NCBI RefSeq assembly: GCF_006345805.1
Contig: NC_043001.1
Location: 32,178,001-32,242,000 of the forward strand
DNA: 64,000 nucleotides
DNA from: Octopus sinensis
Lineage: Eukaryota
Direction of reading: 5' to 3'
Part shown: positions 53,193 through 64,000 of the stretch, piece after piece
Layout: each line of letters begins with the position of its first letter
Position numbering within the stretch: position 1 is the first letter of the stretch
Position numbers and translations under genes: made by a program
Notes under the pieces: generated by a model
Told to the model about the DNA's origin: nothing
The model's input: only the letters and a program-made list of their open reading frames with translations
Database searches by the model: none

Positions 53193-54299
53193 ATGGCTGA
53201 ACTAATATAACACATCTATAGCTACACTACAAAGATAGATACATGGTCCCTAACCGTACTGGAAACAGCTAACAAATCTCGCTCGTATCCCAGCTTCCTG
53301 TTTCGGGAGCTGACACATTAGATAATATAGTCTCACATAACTTGAAAATGATAGGGTGGTCACGGTTATATTATGTTTAATCACAGCACAGATCTCGTTG
53401 CCATTGGGGTTACAGGACGCCAACGCCAGAAACATCCACTTTGTAAGGCAATGCTGCAGGCTACAAGTTGCCATTGGATTTGCTAGATGTAGCAGCCAGA
53501 CCTTCCATAAATCATAATGTAGTCAAATAAGAACACAAGTTGGACAACGTTGCCTGTACTTCACTGTTCGCGAAGAAAAAACAGTAGGACTTGATTAGAT
53601 GGAGCTTTGGCTACCGGTTTATCTGCTGTTTCTAACTCATTAAAAATATATACATTTGTTCTGTCAAAAAAGGGTTCTAGATTACCTTATCGTAATTATA
53701 TTTACAATAATACTGGTAAATGTATTACTATAATACCTTTGAAAGGTAACAGATTGGCAAAATCGATAGAGCTGTGGACAAAATGCTCAACGGTATTATG
53801 TTACCTCGCTGTGCCTTGTATGTTCAGTGAATGCCAATGGCTCTTTGTACCGTTAAGTTGCTAAAATATGTACCAGTTTAGTACTACGGGCAATATGGTT
53901 CAATATACCATTGTTAACAGATGCGTGGTTTGTGCCTACGTCTGCAGATCTTATAAGAAAATCCTGTTTTCTAAACATACATTAATCTTAACTTCACTCC
54001 ATATCTAAAGAGCTTCGTATTTGAGGCAAAAACTATCTTAAAATGTTTTTAATTATATGTTAAAGTTTATTTTAAAACATATTTTAAAGTATATTTTTTA
54101 AAATGACGTGTTAGAATAACGTCCCTTTCGGGAGAAACTACGTGATTGATACATACATACATGCATACATACATACATACATACATACATACATACATAC
54201 ATACATACATCATACATACATACATACATACTACATACATACATACATGATTGACCGCTAGCCACTAAAGCTTTTTTTATTCTCTCCCTCCGTTTATTT

Positions 54300-54400
54300 T
54301 CTCCTGTTCCTTTCTTTTGAAGAGCGTAGGCTCGAAACGTAAAAGACTTTCTAACCTTCCCGAGCGTAAAACTAATACGCTTAATTGTTGTTTACACACC
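54300..54400 (+). mobile_element. Related hammerhead-like repeat with decayed core
   Basis: CTTTTGA-A-GAGC-GTAG-GCTC-GAAACGT...AGCGT-A; followed by a (CATA)n tract. Confidence 0.5.
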
Positions 54401-54636
54401 TGTCTTCATCTTTTGTTATTTTGTAAATTCCACCTACATACATACACACATACACATACATACATACATACATACATACATACATACATACATACATACA
54501 TACATACATACATACATACATAATACACACACATGCACACAAACACACGTGCACGTGTATTATGCATATATGTGAGGGTGTGCAAGGAGTCTGATAAAAA
54601 ATATATATTCGCCCTTCTTGATATGTATGTATTTCC

Positions 54637-54934
54637 ATCATCACCATCACGTGACCGACCAGACCATCAGATGTTGTTACACATCGCTGGTCACAATGCG
54701 TTCGCATTGTTTTAGCCTTTGAATGACGCCACCCCGCTGGCTAAGCGAGCAGGCCAACAGAAGAAAGAGTGGTGAAAGAGTACAGCAGGGATCACCACCC
54801 CCTGCCGGAGCGTCGTGGAGCTTTTTTAGGTGTTTTCGCTCAATAAACACTCACAACGCCCGGTCTGGGAATCGAAACCGCGATCCTACGACCGCGAGTC
54901 CGCTGCCCTAACCACTGGGCCATTGCGCCTCCAC
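54637..54934 (-). mobile_element. SINE family B, tail type 2
   Basis: Head near-identical to 9100-9188; 3' half unrelated to tail type 1. Confidence 0.85.
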
Positions 54935-57900
54935 ATGTATGTATGTATGTATGTATGTATGTATGTATGTATCTAAATACTTTTATTTGAAGGCTAATAG
55001 CTTAGTGGTTAGGGTATTGGGCTCACAATCATAAGGTCATGAATTCGATTCCCGGCAGTAATGTACTACTAAATCAATTTGTTAATGCAAATATCTAAAC
55101 TGCCGAATATTTCTTGGATATTCCTTTTATAGCTCTCTCGCTGTTTCTCGCTCCCTCGTTCTCTCTGTACACACACACACATATATGTATGTATGTATTA
55201 TGTATGTATCTGCCTGTCTGGCTCCATCTCCCACTGTCTGTCTGTTTGTCTGTCCTATCTACATATATGTGTATGGATGTGTCTTCGTGTCCTGTCTAAG
55301 TCCGTGTGTTTATATTATGTTAAACAGCGTTACAAATAACCACTGAATGATTATTTATGTGTGGGGACTCAAAACTAGGAATATGTTCAAATTCATTATA
55401 AAATTCTTAATGATTGGGGTTCAAGTTTTGCTTGACGGTTTATTCCACCAGTCTGGCTGACGAACCGATAAATTAAGAAGTATACAAACCGAGTCCTGTT
55501 GTAATTTGTTACGGTTATAAAGGCAAGAACACTCGCATATGTTGAAAAAACTTCGAAACAGTTTCCTTCTGCCAAATTTTCTCACAAAGAATTGGGAAGT
55601 CTACTGTTATGATAGAAAATACAAAATCAAAGTGTTGCTCAGTGAAGTTGAACACGAGATCATGTGGTTGCAAAGTAGTTTTCGTAACACATAATCACAC
55701 ATCAAACTTGCCATGTAAACTGATATATGCAAAATCGTATATCTATTCGTTTACTTAAATCTTTTTTCCATCTATTTGATAAAGAGTATCGCTAAAATGT
55801 TAGATTTCTTCCCTTGGCATATTTAGCTCCACTGTACACTTCTTGGATTGTTGCTTTTCTTTATATTTCTACGCTTTTTCACTCACGTCTTTTCACTTGT
55901 CTGACTCCATATATTATTTGTTTGTTTGACCGTCTCCTGTTTAACTCATAATCTTGTGCTATTTGTGTGATTTTTATCATATGTGTATGTAAGTATGTCT
56001 GTATTCCTATAACGTGTATTATCTTTCTGTTGAATGAAGCTTTGGGATAAAACCTAAGATCTCAGCAATTGAGTGCGATTATCTGATTAGAGTTTCAGAT
56101 TCGACGAAGATAAATATATCTGTTTATCGTGGAAGATAAACATTTAATATATAAGATTGTTTGACTGCCGGGAATAGTTAACATTATGTCTCTGAAAACA
56201 TCAAAACTGTAGATTACCGACTGAAAAGACAACTGAGCATATGGGCCAACATCCATTCTAACTCATTATTATTACTAACCTTCAATTCACTGATCAACCT
56301 TTTGTTTTTCTAAGTGGTATTACGGTTGTTTGTAAAGGAACTAACAAAAAGTGGACCAAGGCTTAATAAATATCCACTCGACTGGTCAACTTGCCTGTTT
56401 TCTTCTTGGTGTTCCCCACTCTCTGTTCCCAATTAAATGATTCATTGATACTTATAATGCTCACAGCTGTAACTCCCTTGGACTGTTCCTGTCACTATTT
56501 TCCATATATGACTCCACCTAGATTGGAATCAAGACAAGATTTGAAACATCTTGAATAGTATATATTCTTTAAATTGGTAAAATGTTTGAATGCAATAGAT
56601 GGATTTATGATCTATGCATACCAGCTTACCACCGGATGAAGGTATATGAACCATCGGAGAACTACTACAGAGGAATTACAAGGTAGCAGCAGACTTTGCA
56701 CCAACAAACCTCAGATCCATCGCAGCTTCTATAGTTAATGCTTGTTAAATGAAAATATATAGACAAAAAAAAATCTATATAGATAAATTTTTCTGTATGA
56801 ATTACAATGAAGTATATTCCTGGCGTGAATTCGAATATGTATTCTATATTTTATTTCGAACATGTATTTGTGACTTCAGGAACTATATATTAAATAGTGA
56901 AGTTTCTTGGCAGAGTGGTTAGAACGTAGGACAAAATGACATACGCTGTTTGATTCGGCTCTCAGCAATTTCAGTTCAAAATTCCGCTGAAATAAAATTT
57001 GTTTGCCTTTCTTTCAAGTTGAAGAAACACGGCCACAATTCAGTGGTTTCAATGAATCGAAATGCTTTGCAGTATTAGTTTCGTCTTTTTACGTACAGTT
57101 TTCTTGGGTTGTAAATAAAATCCGTGATCGCACTAACTTATGTGTCTCTAGTTGAGTTCACTCTGACACAAATATTCAAACCAGATCTCCGGTTCGGGGA
57201 TAACTTTTCCCTCACCCTACAACTGGTTACTAAGCCACTGAAAAAGACACGCTCCTCTGACTGACTACAAAAAAAAACCTAATTTTTTTCGTGAAATATA
57301 TTATCATAGATTAGATTGCTGAGTCCTCTCAATTGCAGTTATCTTGATCTTATTTTAGCATTAAACCTCTCTTTTAACTTCATGAGATCTAACTGCAGAT
57401 AAAGAAAAATGCGAGGGAAAACTAAGCACACGTTATTACTGGTAAGCGGCACAAACGAATCGAAAGATCATATCTTTTACTATAACACAAAGTAAACAGT
57501 AAAATTTTTGGCTGTTTGAAGAATTACTAAATAATAAACTTCATATTTTATTCTTTATTTTGGTGTGATTATTTCATTATAATGTAAACACCTTCGTGTA
57601 TATGGATTCATTGCATATTTTTTTCTGTTAGAGAGACGTTCTATTCCTAATTATTTACCGTAAAAATCACTCCCACAACACATGCAAATATATAGACATA
57701 CTGGAACTTAGATACGAAATGAATGGAAAGAGTAAGATCAGCGCTATTGAATTCAAAAAGTGTTAGTTTTCCATTAATGATGTATACAGGTTGCTAATGA
57801 AATACGTTTGTTGATATTTAAAATATACGTTAAGTAAAACAAGACAAAACAAAATGAAACATGCAAATAATTACCTAGATATAGGCACTAATAGATCGCG

Positions 57901-59124
57901 AATGACACACTAGCACACACACACACACACACATGCATACACATGCATACACATGTGAATACACACTCACACATACGTATATACATATATATGCATGTAT
58001 ATGTATATCTGTATACATGAACGAATATGAATGTGTGCGCGCGCATATGTTGTTGAAAGCAAGACTATGTCACAGTTTAACTTATCTTTATTAACATATT
58101 TTCAGAATTTTTTATTTTTATTTTGGGTTTAAAAACAATAAATTTCTGGTTGTTTGTCGATATTTGAAGAATCCCATAGTTGATTTTCCTTTCTGGACGA
58201 AATAGCTTGGGTAAAGGTCGCTACGACCTTTTAATTACAATAGGGAGGATCCCGGCAACATGCTGTGCCTGATTAAAATTTTGTCTTCAGTTTTCGTGCT
58301 GCTGCTCTCAGTTTTTGTCCACGAACGAAATATTGTGTCTCTAAAGTGTGATTGGTTTGAATGTTCTATATTTGCTCTAAGTCGTTCTCTCCAAATAGCT
58401 TCTGTGTTTTCCTCCAATTGTCATATCGTTATCATACAGTTGTATTAATAAGGATTTTAAAAAAATCTAACTTTTGCTTTCTATTTCATAATAAAATGCA
58501 AGTCATCTGTTTCGTGCTGCATAATCATTTGTTAAAAACGGGTGGTAACTTAAGTACTGAATAACATAAAATCATGATGCTGGCAAATATCATATGTGCA
58601 TATGAATTTACAAACCAATTTAGTCATCTGAAACTTAAAAGCTTGTGGTTTCACTTGAATCTTTTTCAAACATTTCCAGGTTTACAATATATTATTGATG
58701 CTAATTTACGATTGTATCGAATTTTGTGTACTGTTTAACGGGAAATTTTATAATGTATTAATTCTATAAGTAGAATGTATTTTGTTGATGTAAAATGCTT
58801 TATGTACGAATGGCTATTTTGCGTATATTGACTGTGTACATTGTATATATTGTGTTGCATTTGCTTCGCTATTGTATAGTTTGTTGCTACTGAATTATTT
58901 GTATATCCCTTGTTCACTAGTGTTCCTTTAATCATACGAATTTATTTCTGTATTACTTCTTTTGTATGGGTAAATCTAAAGACTTACAAGGGATTGACCA
59001 ACTGACAATAAACATCTAAATAAAACTGTCTTAGCCCTCATATCTATTTCGAAATATATGGCATGTTTTAGTGTGGACCAATGTTACAAACGTTCTTTTC
59101 TTAATTATGTAAAATATTTCTTGA

Positions 59125-59333
59125 GCCCTAGAACTCATAGGGCCGATTATCTGGAGTGGCAAGTCTGTTATACCAATCCCAGCAGCTAATCGGTATTGTA
59201 CTCAATCGATCCCGGTGGAATGAAAGACAAAGTCTACCTCGGCAGGATTTCAAATCAAAACGAAAAGGGACGAAAAAAAATGCCGCTAAGCATTTCATTC
59301 AACGTACTAACGATTTTGCCAGCTGACCACGCT
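59125..59333 (-). mobile_element. SINE family A, diverged, with a CGGCCCTATGAG-type tail
   Basis: Family A head and central block; tail resembles that of 62358-62662. Confidence 0.6.
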
Positions 59334-60415
59334 TTACTCTTACTTGAATTTGACATTTAAATATATAAACGGGTTTGTTGAGTCAACTTGCTGCCTAATT
59401 TATGTTGTATATTAATGCGAAGAACGAATTTATTTTCCAAATCTATTTTAGTTTTAAAATGTTTCAATTTCAGTTATATATTTATATAAATTGTAAGGAA
59501 ATTATATAATTATATGAACTGTTGTCTTTTTTTTTATTATTATTCAAATAAGAATTATACGGTTTGAATAAAAGTTATCGAATGAAGAAGCCCCTTATAT
59601 GTGTTCATTGTTTAATTGTTTAAATGCTTATGCTTTAAATACATTCTTTTTACCTAACAGCAAGAAACTACAAACTAAATTATGTAGAAAAGTATAAATA
59701 CTATCTTACAAAGAATTCACACACGCACGAACATGTACACACACATACACAGATGGTACACACAAACGCACACATTCAAAAGAAACACAAGGAGAACGAA
59801 AACAAAAGAATAGGTTTTTGTTAGATATATTAATAACAAAGTATAGTGCAAATTTTAACATACAGATAACAGAGTACAGCAGTAAACTAAGACTACACAC
59901 CATGGCCAAATTTGTTTCCTTGTAGTTGAATCAAACTTGACATCAACAGGGAAAAATGTAGAAGTCAGCCGATAACGAATGAGAAACAGACACAACATCG
60001 TTCCCATGATTCTCGTCTGTAATAAAACAGCAATAACAGCCACCTCTAAAATCCTTTCAACCAGAAGATAAGACCAGGAAGGTCATGAAAACGTCGATAG
60101 TCCTCGTGTATTTATTGTTCCAAACATAAAGAACTAATAAGAAAATAGGAAATATTATTAATAAAAAAGAAAATTGTGAAAATTGGAGCATAGACGTATA
60201 AATATTTAAATGACGAATTCCTTCTTATTATATCTGTATGATTGCATGAATATATATAAATGTATGTATACGTACGCACACACACACACATATATAGATA
60301 GATATTAGTGAACATAACTGTATATATTTAAATATATGTATACACATACATACATAATGCATACTCACACGCATATATTACACATACACACAATCACATA
60401 TATATATGCATACAT

Positions 60416-60465
<50 letters not shown>

Positions 60466-60905
60466 GTATATATATGTAAATATATATATATATATATATA
60501 TATCTATATATATATATATGTTAAATTGGTTATAATTATAACCTTTGTAAGTAAATCATATATTTGCTTGGCCTATTTTTTTTAAAGAGGAATCATACGT
60601 CTAGTTTAATAGTTGCTGACACGATAAACATCATATACTTTTATTATTTAATGATTTAACCCCAACTATTTATTTTCCCTTTTCCCCAAAGAACGAAACA
60701 TGGCGATTAAGGATGAATTTTGATCAATTTATTAGCAGCGAAAGAAATATCAAAATGATATGAAGGCCAATATGTGAATTGTATACACATGTGGGTAGTT
60801 CGTAATTTTGTTTCTTGTAACTTTTATGAATAGAACATTGCTTTTTTACATTTATAAAGTACATTGGACAGATTCATGGTGCAAATATATACATGCATGC
60901 ATCGC

Positions 60906-60937
<32 letters not shown>

Positions 60938-60953
60938 ATATATAATATATATA

Positions 60954-60984
<31 letters not shown>

Positions 60985-60998
60985 ATATTATATATATA

Positions 60999-61038
<40 letters not shown>

Positions 61039-61717
61039 ATATATATATATATATATATATTATATACATATATATACACACACACATGCATATATAAGTA
61101 TATATATATGTATGTGTGTGTGTGTGTGTAAAATAGGAAACAGCACATAACTTTATTCATCCAAAGAGATACATGTACACATATATGTATTTGAATGAAT
61201 ATACATGTGTACCTCTTCTTGGTTTATTTGTAAAATTCATCACCAGTAGCGAAAGAGCTGGCTTCCATATGCTTTTTTTCATTATATGAATGTTTCTTTT
61301 TCTTTTATTGCAATTTTTCTTTCCTTTTAGAAAAGAACTGATTTCTTACTAATATTCAAATAGAATTTAGATAAAAACAACGAGTGCATTTACTTGTCGA
61401 ACGCTTGCCTACTTTTACTGTTCTGCCTACAAATTGTATGTACAATTAAGAGACTCAGCATCAGAGAAAATCTTACTAAAATATGTGGATATACCAATAA
61501 TTAAAAATATTCATGTCAGTTTATAATCTGGGTAAATAAACTATAGTTTTCATAGCAGTTATTTGTAAATGCTCTCCTTATTTCAAAAGCAATATTGCCG
61601 TTTACAGGAGAGTTGACCTATATAACTGTGTATGCTTTCCCTTTTAGATCCTGAAGAAAACATATCAGACGAGTTATGTTTCTAGATGAGTAAAGCTGTC
61701 CACCGTTCTCAGTATTG

Positions 61718-61718
<1 letters not shown>

Positions 61719-61749
<31 letters not shown>

Positions 61750-61777
61750 GCACGCACACACACACACACGCACACAC

Positions 61778-61862
<85 letters not shown>
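61719..61862. repeat. (CA)n microsatellite
   Basis: Direct reading. Many more CA/TA/CATA/TATC tracts across the window are not listed individually. Confidence 0.95.
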
Positions 61863-62150
61863 GAATCATACACTTCAGTTTGATAGTTCTGAGGAACCTA
61901 TAGAATGTTGCATAAGTATTCAGTTCTGAAAGCCTTGTTTCTTATTCAGAAACAGCTGTTAAGCTAATAGAGTTGATATGTTATTCTTGTCCACTACTCA
62001 ATCAGTATTTAGTATTACGCTCTGCACTCTTCAAAATTTTTAATTTAAATCATATGTATAATGAGTTCTAATGACTGGTCATTTGTATGACAATGATTTA
62101 GCGAAACCATAATATATATACACACACATGCATATACATACATAAATAAA

Positions 62151-62181
<31 letters not shown>

Positions 62182-62357
62182 GTATGCATGTATTTGTAAT
62201 AGGCTGAGGAGAGGTTACTTTTCCTGTCAGTGCCGTTGTTATCTATTCTGCAGTATATCTTACTCTACATAATTTTCGTCAGATATAGTCAATGTTAACC
62301 TCCATGCTTTTGTTTAACTAGGTTACTCTAGCTTCTCCTGGTCCATATGGAACAGCT

Positions 62358-62662
62358 GTGGAGGCGCAATGGCCCAGTGGTTAGAGCAGCGGACTCGCGG
62401 TCGAGAGATCGCGGGTTCGAATCTCAAACCGGGCGATGTGTGTGTTTATGAGCGCAACACCTAAGCTCCGCGCGGTTCCGGCAGAAGGTAATGGCGAACT
62501 TCTGCTGGCTCTTTCGCCACAACTTTCTCTCACACTTTCCTCTTGCAGCTCACCTGCGACGGACAGGCGTCCGATCCAGGTGGAGAACCTATACGCCAAG
62601 AAACCGAGAAACCGGCCCTTATGAGCCAGCCATGGCTCCAGAAGGAATAAACAGCAACAACC
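62358..62662 (+). mobile_element. SINE family B, tail type 3
   Basis: tRNA-like head with GGTTCGAATC B-box; tail gaaaccggcccttatgagcc...(AAC). Confidence 0.85.
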
Positions 62663-63435
62663 AATATATGGACCCAGCTGAACACTTAGGTTACGTATCC
62701 AGAAGTTCTTCATTTACCCTCATGATGTTATACACTTTGTTGACGAATATACTTGACATGTTAATTCCTCCCTTTACTGTTCATTGGATGCTTTCGAATG
62801 GTAAGATGCACCCAATGAACGTTCTGACTGATCTTATACATCTGTTTTCATCTCTCCCTTTAAAGTAGTTCCCGTAAGTGTGATTCGGATAGAATAGCTA
62901 TCAAATTTTAAAAATAAATTTCTCGTCTCACCAACTGTTGTTAGTGATACAGGCACTGCAAGTGAATTATAAGATATGGTCTTATTTAATAGAGAAGGAG
63001 CAAAATTCTTCACTGTCCCAAGTGTGCTGAGATAGTCATTCGTTTTACGCACTGCACCAACACATGGGATAAATTTGTGCAGTAAGTAAAACTTCTGAAG
63101 TTATAGAATGTATGTATGCGTAGGTGCATGTATACATGACAGTAAGTGTGCCTCTACATAAGTATGAATATATTTATGACTGTATGTATGCATAGATGTA
63201 TTTACGAATTTTCCTGTCTACTTCTACTTTCGACTTTCTCTCGTCTTATTGCACACGACATTGCAGAATATAATCCACACACACACACATATATGTATGT
63301 ATGTATATATGTATGTGTGTATGTATATATAAATATGTATCTGTATGTATATATTATATATATATATATATGTATGCATATATGTACATATATTTGTATA
63401 TATATGTGTGTGTGTGTATGTGTATGTGTGTGTGC

Positions 63436-63503
<68 letters not shown>

Positions 63504-64000
63504 GTGTGTGTGCGTGCGTGTGTGTGTGTAAACTACATTGCTCCTAGAAACGCTAATAGCTTATATCTTAAGCGAATGCCTGTTTTAGTAGCTAATTCTG
63601 AAATATAGTTGCCTATACTGACATTGCCGATGCAGAAATTAATTTTAATATATCTAATAAAAAGATTATATGAAGTAATTTCCATGATTACTATACTTGC
63701 AGAAGATGTTTTACTTGAATTCAAGAAGTCCTCGTTACTTGTCATGATATTTTTACGATGTAATTTCGTGCAAGTATAACAGAGTCTCAGAAATGAGACA
63801 TTTGATAGACACCTTGTTCGTCTGACGGCAACATCTGAGTAGAACATGAAAATATCTTCGCATATTTATCAGTGTGAAAGGATTGATTGAAAAAAAAACA
63901 ACCTTTTGCTGAGAAGCATTAAATTAATGAAGATATACGTTTATTTTTGTTTGCTATAAACACCGAAAATATTGAATTTTAAGAATTTCATATATAATTT

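Noticed and set aside
54992-55056. tRNA-like sequence (also the heads at 9100-9188 and 62358-62430)
   Set aside because: Acceptor stems do not close; these are SINE heads, not tRNA genes.
56630-56728. Minus-strand 99-nt exon candidate (TAG acceptor, GTAAGC donor)
   Set aside because: Stops in all three frames; it could only be non-coding, and nothing else supports it.

Overview
AT-rich, repeat-saturated animal genomic DNA. The tRNA-derived SINE families and the very high microsatellite density suggest an octopus/cephalopod genome (inference). No intact protein-coding ORF is supported: nearly all ORF-track entries arise from tandem repeats or decayed transposons. Contents: a 4.2-kb purine-rich 32-bp minisatellite; one tRNA-Lys(CTT) gene; one long and seven short decayed R4/Dong-like (RLE-type) LINEs stacked in TAA tracts with a ~560-bp non-autonomous element; two Penelope-like GIY-YIG relics; an internally deleted DD37D (maT) transposon; about 20 SINE copies with swapped tails; and a candidate minus-strand promoter with candidate small exons. 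The most notable observation is a set of type-I hammerhead-ribozyme-like motifs in (TA)n-flanked short repeats. These include a head-to-tail ~197-bp dimer (retrozyme-like) and a foldback element with a hammerhead-like motif in each inverted arm, several with a recurrent C4 (CCGANGA) core. All structures were read by eye and no database search was run. Coordinates are approximate to a few bases unless stated.
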